Of a DNA stretch of 64,000 bases, positions 53,061 through 64,000 are shown one piece after another. The DNA is taken from assembly GCF_018350175.1 (NCBI RefSeq), contig NC_058368.1, positions 94,552,001-94,616,000 of the forward strand, written 5' to 3'. The notes under the pieces were generated by a model. That model was given only the letters and a program-made list of their open reading frames with translations, had not been told where the DNA came from and ran no database searches. Numbering within the stretch: the stretch's first letter is position 1; each line of letters starts with the position of its first letter. The position numbers and the translations under genes are program-made. This stretch comes from Felis catus. Taxonomy: Eukaryota.

Positions 53061-54123
53061 GGGTCAGTAGGACAGTGTGTGATGTGTGTCACTGTTCCCA
53101 GAGTGTGGGATCAGAAGTACCCAAGTCTGCCTGGAGTAGTGCTGAAGCACGTGGAGAGCTAAACAGTTTCTGTTTTCAACTCTCCTTCAGGCCTGATTAC
53201 GAGAAAGGTTCCCATTAGAGCTGGAAGGTCTTTAATTCCTAACACGTGCCATTACCCCTTTTCAATCAAGATGGACTAGGCCTCGTTTTGGGCTAGTAAG
53301 GTGCCTAAGCAGAATTTGGTAACGTTGCTTTTGATTTCATTTTAAAACTTATTTTTAGCTCATTTCTACTTATGGTAGGGAAGCTCGGCTGTCCAGGGTG
53401 GTGATATAAAGTTCTGTCTTAAAATACAATTATTGAAGTAGAAATGACTCCCATTTCATGAAAAACAAGTAATAGTGCAGGTAGTGATGCGGAAAAAGTT
53501 GGACAGTAACAATTTCCTTGCGCCTGAATTGGGCAGGAATCTTGACGAAGAGAGCTGTCATTTTAAAGTTTTTTCCCTTCTTCCTGGATTCCTTGAGTTC
53601 TGACAGCCAGTTGTTCTCCTCATATCAGTGTCCTGCTTAAGAGCCGCCACGTCACTAAGCCATATCCAGTATGATGCAGAATTGTTCTTATCACATAATT
53701 TAAAGTTGATGATTACAGGAGAAGTAGGGTTTTAAAACATCTGTGTGCTGTTACCCTAAATGATTTCATGTCATATATACGTTGTTTTATCGCATTATCT
53801 GCCATGCAGTATTCTTTGCTTTGTATTTTGGTGTAACTGCCACTTTCCTCCTTCTCTTTCCATAGTTCCATTGTGGGTTAAGTGGATATTAAATATTTAC
53901 TGCTGAGTGATTAATGGCATTCCCCACAGAGTGCAAGCTTCCCCTAGTTGTCTGCCTTGCCCAAAAGAAAGAGAAACTTTGCCAAATGGACTTTTTCAAC
54001 ACAAATACTTTTTGGGAGGCATCTCTTTGGAAATGTCCTGCCTCTTTTGCTGGCCATCATCTGTTTTTCTTTATAGCAATCAGAGTTATTGAAATGGAAA
54101 CTTAAAGACAACTGCAGTTGTAG

Positions 54124-54309
<186 letters not shown>

Positions 54310-54503
54310 TAGTTTATAATACTTTCTTGTGATTGCACTGAAACTCTTTTGTTTGTATTTGAAAAACTTTTTGTGAAGTATAGTGTTCTCCAGTGTGTCC
54401 TAGGGAACACAGGCTCTGTACAAAATTTTGTAATGTCCCAAAAGTTTGGGAAACTCTGTCTTCATTAAAGTTAATCTTTTTTTATTATGTGTAAGTTTTC
54501 AGA

Positions 54504-54505
<2 letters not shown>

Positions 54506-54547
<42 letters not shown>
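54506..54547. repeat. (TA)n microsatellite, about 21 units, in COMMD10 intron 2
   Basis: Directly visible perfect array. Confidence 0.95.
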
Positions 54548-54549
<2 letters not shown>

Positions 54550-54732
54550 CAGAGTATATTTTATGATAGTGTTTACAGTAAATATTTAAGGGTGAATATG
54601 ATGTGCACAACTTTTCAAACAAGTTTGACCTTGCAACTGATGTCTCATGGTATATATTTTGGGACTCAGGTTCCATGTAACATGCTTTGGGAATATTCTG
54701 ATTTCGTTCTTCCTCTTAAAAATAATGCTTTT

Positions 54733-55271
54733 GGGGCTCCTGGGTGGCCAAGTTGGTTAAGCATCCAACTTCAGAGCTCAGGTCATAATCTCACGGTTCA
54801 TGAGTTCGAGCCCCGTCAGGCTCTGTGCTGACAGCTCAGAGCCTGGAGCCTGCTTCAGATTCTGTGTCTCCCTCTCTCTCTGCTCCAGCCCCTCTCAAGC
54901 TCTGTCTCTCTGTCTGTCAAAAAATAAATAAACATTAAAATTTTTTTAAAAAATGCTGTAGTTTTCTTATCACCCCAGTATTTAATCTTTCCTTTAATCT
55001 TTCCCTTTCACTTTTATTTCAAGGGTGTGGTTATTTTGGACAGATTAATGTTTAGTGATTCACTGCTTGGTCACCAACCTAAGTTAACTTCTTTTTCAGG
55101 TTATAAAAATTTAATTCCATCCAACACATGTTTATGGAGCATCTAGTAACTGCTCTTCCTGGTGGTACATGGCATCACCATTAAATGAAAATTAAATGGA
55201 CTTTTTTTTTTAATTAGTTTTTATTTTATTTTTATTTTTATTTTTTTAAATTTTTTTAAATGTTTAATTTT

Positions 55272-55312
<41 letters not shown>

Positions 55313-55455
55313 CATGAGTGGGGGAGGGGCAGAGAGAGAGACACACACAGAATCCGAAGCAGGCTCCAGGCTCTGAGCTGTCAGCACAGAGCGTGACACG
55401 GGGCTCGAACTCACCGTGAGATCACGACCTGAGCCGATGTCGGACGCTCAACCCC
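54733..55455. mobile_element. Two Can-SINEs in COMMD10 intron 2 (+54733-54955, -55200-55455)
   Basis: Recognisable heads and tails. Confidence 0.88.
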
Positions 55456-58159
55456 GAATTAGTTTTTATGTTAAATTCCAGTGAGTTAACATACAGTGTG
55501 ATACTAGTTTTAGGCGTAGAATATAGTGATACAGCACTTCCATACTTCACCTGGAGAACCTGGACCCTCTTTTATTTTTCCTCAGAAGCCAGCTCACTTC
55601 CGAGTCCCTTCTCCCTCTTAAGTGTCTCTCAAAACCAATTTCTCTTCATAGTCTTAGTTCAGATCCTTAATGTCCCTGCCTTAGGCTGCAGTAACTGCCT
55701 CCAAACTGTTACCTCTACCTGAAGTCTACTCCCTCCTATCACTTCTTCATAATGCTAGTCCATTTATCTCTACAAATATTTTTTCCTAAAAAAAAAAAAA
55801 AAAAGAATTCAGTGTATCTTTACAGTGTTTGAAGTCGTCATTGACTTCCTATTGCCTCATGGAAAAAAGTTCAAAATCTTTAGAATTGTATTGTAATCAC
55901 GTTATAACAACATTATAATATGGCCACAGGCTTTATTTTCCCATTTTGCAAGTGCTCCAGTCACACCGGGCTGTGCACTTTTACCGGAATATGCCATGAA
56001 CTTTTCCAACTCTGTTTCTATGCATATACTCTTTCCCTTACCTGCAATGTCTTTTTTTCCCCTTTTTTATTGAATAGACTGGATGTCTCAAGGATCTTGC
56101 TGTCTCACTCTCAGCACTTTGTTTTCTGTGCTTCTAAAACACTTGGTTCATTGTCATCTCATTTTAGTCCTGCAGTGTAAGCATTTGTTTTATGATGCCA
56201 GGGTCTTTTGCTGACCTTGAAGATCTTGAGCATCATGTCTTACTGGTCTTTATATTTTCCATGCCTAATACACTTATATGGTCTGCACTCAGTAGCTGTT
56301 CTTGCAGTTAATTCTTATCCTTGCATGGGAAACACAAAACAAATGCAGGTCCTCTAAATTCCGGGCTATAAGGAATTTGTGATGTAGATGGAGAGACAGG
56401 AGGAGCCACCAAAGTAATATAATAGCAGCCACATTCTGAAGTATTTGTGATTCAGTTATGTTCCTCCCTCTGGTAGTGTTCTAATGACTTTGTGGTGTTA
56501 ATTCATCTGATCCTTACAGCAACTTTAGGAAGTAGGTACTATTGTCATCCTTATTTCATCCAAGAAGAAACTGAGTTAGACACCAGTTAAATAATTTGTG
56601 CATGGACACACACCTAGCTAGTAAGCTTCCTGGTTCCAGAATCCATCCCTTCAATCCATCCCTGTTTATTACAATCAACCTCAGGAAAGAGTACAAAACA
56701 GTATATAAGTTAGTACAAAAGTGAATGATGTAAGCAATCAGTCCAGAAGTTCTGCTGTGATTTCCCGAGCTGGTAGCTGTCTTCTCAAACTTACAAAACA
56801 GTGTGGGACAAAAAACTCTCAAACGAATCTTTTGTTCTTTATGATGAGGGAGGATAGGAAATTTGTAGGAAAACGGTGATATGTAGTTTGTCTTTGATCC
56901 TCTCAGTCATTTCTGGGGTTGTGAATAAGTTAGCGTCTATCTTAGAGTAAGTGGGTGGCCAGAGCATTCTATAGAGATGCTTGGATGCTATGCCATCAGT
57001 GGCAGGGGAGTGAACATGAGGAGGTCTGGTCGTTGACAGCTGAAGCAGTTGAGAACAGAAACGTATGCAGGTGATAACTTTGCCAGCTAAGATAGAAAGC
57101 AAAGGTGCATTTTTTTTGTTTTTTTTCCTGGACAGTTTCAGGCAGTGTTCTTCTAGAGGGGTTCCTATTGTGATAAGAGTTTGTAGCAAGTAAAGTTTGC
57201 AGTGACATTCAGGATCTGCCAGATTTCTTTTTGTGTTCTTGGTCTGTTAAGTTGGCCTTTGCCTTGAGACAAGCAGAGCTCTTAGAACAGTGAAACCTGA
57301 TGCAGGTGCATAGGTGAAGAATTTTAGGGATTGGGTTGCTCTTCTAAATGTCATCAGCTTAACACTTTCATTTTTTTATGGGCTTTGTCCAGACTGGTTC
57401 CTTGGAATCCCTAGTTGGAATAAACATAGGGAGAAGCCTTAAGCATGGAATATGGGTGTGCTTAAGCATGGGTCTGGGAGTCCTCTTTGAACTGGTCATC
57501 TTTCTGGCTCATCCTAGCATATAGAAATACATGGGAAGTTTTGGGGGGTTATTACTAATGCCTGAGAACTAAATGTCTTGTATTGTGCAGAATGGTCCCA
57601 CAAGGTTTGTCCCATCCAGCATGCTAATGGAGTCTGCATTGGGAAACACTGACAGAAGTCAGATTAGGGACTTAGAAAGAACAATTTATGGCCTCTGAGT
57701 TTAAAAGAAAAAAAAAATAGCTGTCACAACTCATGCAATTAAAAAAGCTCACATACTTTGCTCCACTGGAGAGACTTGTAGGCCATCACACAAAGCCTGT
57801 TGGTCCAGCTATACTGTATGTCTAATTCTGAGAGATCAGTTCTTTGGATACCTGGCTGTGGCAAACTAGAAACAGCAAACTGGGGGGTGAAGATGCTGCT
57901 GTGATGGGCGTGAAGGCAGTTTCAAGAATTGACTTATAAAAATCAGACACAAGAAATGTAAATGCCCAGAAATCTGAGGGTTATTTATTTATTTATTTAT
58001 TTATTTTTTCCTGAAGTGAAAAATCGTTAGTGTATCTTAAGAGTTCCTTGCAATACTGTTCATAGAATTCTGATGCTCATCATTGTGACGGACTCATCAT
58101 AAGAAATTAGTTTAAACCAATATACTTTGTTTACAAAAGTTGAGAATGGGTGTGATACA

Positions 58160-58394
58160 TTTTATTTATTTATTTTTTTAATTTTTTTTTTCAACGTTTA
58201 TTTATTTTTGGGACAGAGAGAGACAGAGCATGAACAGGGGAGGGGCAGAGAGAGAGGGAGACACAGAATCGGAAACAGGCTCCAGGCTCTGAGCCATCAG
58301 CCCAGAGCCTGACGTGGGGCTCGAACTCACGGACCACGAGATCGTAACCTGGCTGAAGTCGGACGCTTAACCGACTGCGCCCCCCAGGCGCCCC
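58160..58394 (-). mobile_element. Young SINEC_Fc
   Basis: TSD gggtgtgatac on both sides. Confidence 0.93.
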
Positions 58395-59314
58395 AAGGGT
58401 GTGATACGTTTTAGAAAGATTGCTTTCATAAGTTGGAAAAAGAATTCTTGTATTTGATAGATTCACTTGTGGAACCTCTGTATTTCCTCATTATGACAGA
58501 TAGAGAAGTCTCAGTATATTAACATAAAAGACAATCACAAATGTGAATCTCAGCCTATAGAAATGCCTAAGAATTTTTCTTGGCTATTATAATGTATGGA
58601 GGGTGCCACTAGCATTTAATGCCTGGGACTTTAAGGGTCCTGTGTGCAGGAGAGGCCTGCGCAAAAGAGAATTGGCCCCACCGATCTAGATAAAAAAGAA
58701 AAGGGCAGTTCATCTCTGAAAATACATTTATTTTGTAGTTAATATAAGATGGTATAAGTTAGTATAGGATGTGTAAGGTCTTCTTACACATGGGTTTATT
58801 GGGTAAGAATGATATATATACACTTTGAATTATAATATTTGGAAAATAGTAGTACTGTGTGTTCTTCCATTGAGGTTTTGTGCGTAAGACAGTGAATGTG
58901 ATTCAGAGCTTGGGCTCTGGACAGCAGGCCTCTCTGTTTCTAAATCCATACTCTGAGGTTGTTTTTGTTTTTGAGAGCGAGCGAGCACATGAGCAGAGGA
59001 CAGGGGCAGAGAGGGAGAGAGAGAATCTTAGGCAGGCTGCATGCTCAGCACAGAGCCTGACCAGGGACTCTGTGTCATGACCGTGAGATCATTGACCTGA
59101 CCCAAAATCGAGAGTCGGACACTTAACCGCCTGGGTCACCCAGATGTCCCCCCCATGCTCTGAGTATTTAAAGCCTAATTGCTTTCATAATTATTTACCT
59201 AATATACTATCTTCATAGAGTAGAAGACATATTTAATTTTCTAAGGAATGTGACCTGATTGCAACTACTGAGGTTAGTTTACTCATCATGCATGTTAAGA
59301 AAATGAATTCTTCT

Positions 59315-59538
59315 GGGGCGCCTGGGTGGCTCAGTCGGTTGAGCGGCCGACTTCGGCTCAGGTCATGATCTCGCGGTCCGTGAGTTCGAGCCCCGTGTCG
59401 GGCTCTGTGCTGACAGCTCAGAGCCTGGAGCCGGTTTTGGATTCTGTGTCTCCCTCTCTCTGACCCTCCCCTGCTCATGCTCTGTCTCTCCCTGTCTCAA
59501 AAATAAATAAAACATTAAAAAAAAAAAAAAAAAAAAAA
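59315..59538 (+). mobile_element. Young Can-SINE with a long pure A tail
   Basis: TSD aagaaaatgaattcttc at 59297-59313 and 59539-59555. Confidence 0.95.
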
Positions 59539-59785
59539 AAGAAAATGAATTCTTCAAAAAAGATAAGAAAAAGACAATTCGGAAAAATGGATTTTTTAAT
59601 TTGCTTTTTTGTGGCTTTCTAGTTCAAAATTCTTAGAGTGCTTAAATTAAGCATCTTGATAACAAATTTTAGATTTCACAAATAGTTTATGAGTAAGTTT
59701 TTGTGTTAAGAAATTTACATAGTGTGGACAACCTGAAATGCCCCCTTGGTTAACTCTGGCTCTCCTTTCATCTTCATTCTCTCCT

Positions 59786-60295
59786 TTATTAGTTATTTAT
59801 TGTTGAATTACAGATGACCCCCAAACTTAGCACCTTAAAACAAGAGTAAACATTTATTATACTCGCAGTTCGTGTAGGTCAAGAATGTAGGAGAGGCTTG
59901 ACTGCTTGTTTCTGGCTTAGCTGCGTGGTTCTGGCTTGGGGTTCTCGTGAAGTTGCTGCCAGATGTTGTTGGGGCTGCTGTTTATCTGAAGGTTTGGCCG
60001 AGGTTGGAGGATTTCCTTCCAATATGATTACCTGGTGGGAGGCCTCAGTTCCTTGCTGCACAGGCCTTTCCTCCCAACATGGAGGTTGGCTTCTTCCAGA
60101 ACCAGTGACCCAAGAGAGGGAGGTGCTGTCCTTTTTGTGACCTCGCGTTTGATGTCACAGAGCTTCACTTTTACTATATTATCCTTGTTAGAAGTAAGTC
60201 ATTCCGTCTGGATCACTTTCAAGGGAAAGAAATGAGGCTCCATCCTTTGAAGGGAGGAGTGCTAAAGAATTTTGAGATATAATAAAACCACCACA
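59786..60295. mobile_element. MaLR LTR (MLT1F/G/H-like) in COMMD10 intron 2
   Basis: ccccaaacttagcaccttaaaacaa...catttattatactcgcagttc...gtaggtcaagaat and terminal gctccatcctttgaagggaggagtgctaaagaattt. Confidence 0.7.
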
Positions 60296-60639
60296 CCTCC
60301 CCAGAGGTAGCCTTGTTACCAATTTGGTTTTTATTCTAGATTCTTCATGTGTTAATAAATACAGACGTGCGTACACATGTGCATACACATACACATAGAA
60401 ATGTGCAGTTTGTGTGTTTTTACGCAAGTGGCATCGTACTGTATATATTGCCCTGTTGTTTACCTTTTCTCGCTTGCCACTTTTTTAAGAGACCTTTCCA
60501 CATCACTTCATATAGCACTGCCTTATATTCTTCATGTGTTGTTTTTCCTTTCTGCTTGTGTATGTGTATTTATGGCATATGTTCTTTAAATATATAGAAA
60601 AAATTAATACCCACTTTCCATTCTATTTATTAAAAAAAC

Positions 60640-61569
60640 TTTTTTTAATGTTTATTTTTGAGAGACAGAGACAGAGTGTAAACAGGGGAGGGGCAGAGAC
60701 AGAGGGAGACACAGAATCTGAAGCAGGCGCCAGGCTCTGAGCTGTCAGCACAGGGCCCGACATGGGGTTTGAACTCATGAGCTGTGAGATCCTGACTTGG
60801 GCCGAGGTCAGACGCTTAACTGACTGAGCCACCCAGGCACCCTGTCACTTTCCATCTTAAAATTTAAGTTTTGGGGCGCCTGGGTGGCTCAGTCGGTTAA
60901 GCAGCCGACTTCGGCTCAGGTCATGATCTCGTGGTCCGTGAGTTCGAGCCCCGCGTCGGGCTCTGTGCTGACAGCTCAGAGCCTGGAGCCTGTTTCAGAT
61001 TCTGTGTCTCCCTCTCTCTGACCCTCCCCCGTTCATGCTCTGTCTCTCTCTGTCTCAAAAATAAATAAACGTTAAAAAAAATAAAATAAAATTTAAGTTT
61101 CTTGGACATTTGTTCTCTAATTTTATAAACCTAGACCTTAATTTTTTCCCATTGAGAGGATAAAAAAGAATGTATCTTGTTTACCTTCTCTTTTACTCCT
61201 AGATATGTGTGGGTTGCTTTTGGTAGACAGAAATAAGTTAAATTGCTGCTTTTTGGAAGCAGATAGAGGTACTTCATGCTTAATATTTATTTGACCCAAG
61301 GTTGCTTTTGGAGCAGGGTATTGAATATGTGTTTGGAACTTTTTTTAAAGCTGTATTCTCTATTTGCTCCCATATTTTACACTCCATTATTTTAAGGTTG
61401 CTTTCCTGATGTACCTGTGGATGGGGGAAAGTAAATATTCCCTTAGCCCCCTTCACTCCAAACCACTTTATTTTTTTTAAATATTGATTTATTTGTTTTA
61501 AACATTTCTTTAAATTTTTTTTTTTTTTTTTTTTTTAGAGAGAGAGCTAGTGTGTGAGTGGGGGAGAGG

Positions 61570-61611
<42 letters not shown>

Positions 61612-62245
61612 CCTAAGCAGGCTTCCATACTCAGCATGGAGCCTGACACAGTGCTTGGTCCCCTGACCCTGGGATCACGACCTAAGCTGAAATCAAGAGT
61701 TGGATGCTCAACTGACTGAGCCAACCAGGCATTCCTTATTTTTTTTTTAAGTTTACTTACTTGTTTTGAGAGAGGGAGAGAGAATGAGTCAGGAGCAGAG
61801 AGAGAGTCAGAGAGAGAATCCCAAGCAGACTCTGTGCTGTCAGTATGGAGCCTGACACAGGGGCTTGATCTTACAAACTGTAAGATCACGGCCTGAGCCA
61901 AAATCCAGAGTTGGATGCTCAACCAGTTGAACTACCCAGGTGCCCCCCCAAACCACTTTATTTAAAAAAAAATTTTTTTTTTGCATCTTTATTTTTAAGA
62001 GAGAGAGAGAGAGAGAGAGCGAGCGAGAGAGCGCAAGAACGGGAGAGGGGTAGAGAGAGAGGAAGATACAGAATCTGAAGCAGGCTCTAAGCTCTGAGCT
62101 GTCAGCACAGAGCCTGACGAGGGGCTTGAACTCACAGATTGTGAGATCATGACATGAGCAGAAGTCAGACGCCCAACCAACTGAGCCATCCAGGTGCCCC
62201 TCCCCAAACCACTTTATTAATATAATGCCCTTGGAAATCTTGAGA

Positions 62246-62283
<38 letters not shown>

Positions 62284-62689
62284 GTTTGCTGTATTTTTTA
62301 AACAAATTTCCCTTCCTTGTACATATTGGGGACACTGAAAGTTTATTTTTGTACCTCCTCAATCACTATTATTAATTTTGTGAAAACAGCTTATTTAGCA
62401 TGTGTTCCAAGGCATCAGATTGACTGACTTGGTTAAATTATAAGTATCCATTGAATTTATTTGTTATTTATTATTTATTTATTTTTTTAATGTTTTATTT
62501 TATTTTTGAGAGAGAGAGACAGCATGAGTGGGGGAGGAGCAGAGAGAGAGGGAGACACAGAGTCCGAAGCAGGCTCCAGACTCTGAGCTGTCAGCACAGG
62601 GCCCATCGTGGGGCTCGAACCCACATACTGTAAGATCATGACCTGAGTTGAAGCTGGACGCTTAACCGACTGAGCCACCCAAGCACCCC
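60640..62689. mobile_element. Six Can-SINEs in COMMD10 intron 2 (-60640, +60873, -61500, -61735, -61975, -62470)
   Basis: Heads, tails and TSDs are visible. Confidence 0.88.
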
Positions 62690-63954
62690 AATATCCATTG
62701 AATTTAATACAACATGTGGTTCTGATTATATACATGTAATACCATTACCTTCCTCACATTGATGAAATCTGGTACTCTAGGTCATTATTTCAAGAAGACA
62801 TATGGTAGTCACAGAAATTCTGAAACTTTTAAGTCAAAATGTTGCTCTTGAGGTAAGTAATTGGCATTTTGGCTAAATTTGGCTCATGATTTTCTCAGTC
62901 ATAAAACAGGTAGTAGAGCCTGGAAGTTCTGGTGAGTAGCCTCCAAAAGTACACTAGCTTAAAGCTCTAATGCAGCTTTGGTTGAACAGCCAGGTAGGTG
63001 TACATCATCGTACGCTGTCAAGGGAGGGCTTATGAACTTCTGAATTTTCTCCCTATTGCTGTTCGGGAGAGGCAGCCATAGGGAGAGTTGTTTTTAGTAT
63101 ATGTGGATAATATAGGTTATTTATTTTATTTTATATCTTATTTTATATTATTTTCTTTTAATTCATTTATTTTTAAAGGAGTTCTTTTTATTTGTAAGTT
63201 GTTCAAGTGGTACACGTTTTTCCTACGTAATAAACTAATGTCTTTAGATCAAGGAGATTATTTTGGATACAAAAGAAAGAAGACTTCTCAGAGGTTCTAT
63301 TAAGATGGCTGTCTTCTTTCACGTATTGGTCATAAAATTAATGTGTATAATGTGTGAGTTTTGGAAAATATGTATGAAAATGATAAAAAAGACCTAATTT
63401 CTTGCTTTATGTATGCTCTTATAATAACTCACATTTTTGCAGAACTCATCAAAATGAAAATTACATGAATGAGTATTTGTATTTGTGTGTCTAACTAGAG
63501 TACCGTATACTTGAGGACATGAACTGCCTTTCTCTGTAGCACATAACAGATACTCAGTAAATATATTTGAATGAGGAAGGTGGACATTACTGTTAATTAT
63601 TATTAACATTTTGGGGGGTTACCTTCTAGTATTGTTTTTTCTAAACATCCATTTCTTTTGGTAAATACTGGTAGTTTCCACCTCCTATAAATCATAGAAC
63701 TTGAAGTAATGTGTTTTTTTAAGATTAATTAATTAATTAATTAAATTTATTTATTTATTCATTTGGCATGATCCAGATAATGAATTGTACTATGATTTTG
63801 AGTTGTTGAAATTTACAAACACATCAGATTCTTTCGCTTTTTCTTAACATTTCTCACCCATGTGTGAATAAAGGAATCTTCAGATACTCTTCTGTGGAGT
63901 ATCCAAGTTTTGAATACCTGCATGTGTGCTAATAGCTTGCTTTTTGTGTTGTAG

Positions 63955-64000
63955 GCTGAGAACAGTTTCAGTGAGGAAGAAGAAGAAAAGCTTCAGGCTG
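63955..64000 (+). CDS. COMMD10: COMMD10 exon 3, partial (AENSFSEEEEEKLQA...), truncated by window end
   Basis: ctaat branch-like site plus ctttttgtgttgtAG acceptor; in frame with exon 2; matches the COMMD10 SFSEEEEEKLQA motif. Confidence 0.94.

Noticed and set aside
52629..53218. Several overlapping ORFs (70-148 aa) on both strands
   Set aside because: Expected stop-codon depletion in a CpG island; the true frame is the 41-nt COMMD10 exon 1.
61443..61922. 159-aa ORF and the many MAQSVK.../SLSLSL ORFs throughout the window
   Set aside because: Translations of Can-SINE sequence and (CT)n linkers.

Overview
Mammalian (Felidae, most likely cat or a close relative) genomic DNA, identified by roughly 65-70 tRNA-derived Can-SINEs including young felid-type SINEC_Fc copies. 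Two + strand protein-coding genes are supported by clean GT-AG splicing. The first is the complete three-exon CDS of ARL14EPL (25885-31812, 151 aa, Cys-rich C-terminus). The second is the 5' end of COMMD10 (CpG-island promoter, coding exons 1-2 and the start of exon 3, running off the window end). The rest is intergenic or intronic and dominated by SINEs, old and young L1 fragments, ERV/MaLR LTRs, DNA-transposon fossils and microsatellites. Almost all ORFs in the supplied track are repeat-derived artefacts. I see no evidence for a wholly new biological system. The most notable structures are a solo ERV LTR about 2.7 kb upstream of COMMD10 with an L1 inserted at its TATA box, a candidate distant first exon for ARL14EPL, an unexplained diverged 170-bp duplication, and repeated re-use of single retrotransposon target sites. 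Repeat subfamily names are from recognition only and need RepeatMasker/Dfam confirmation.
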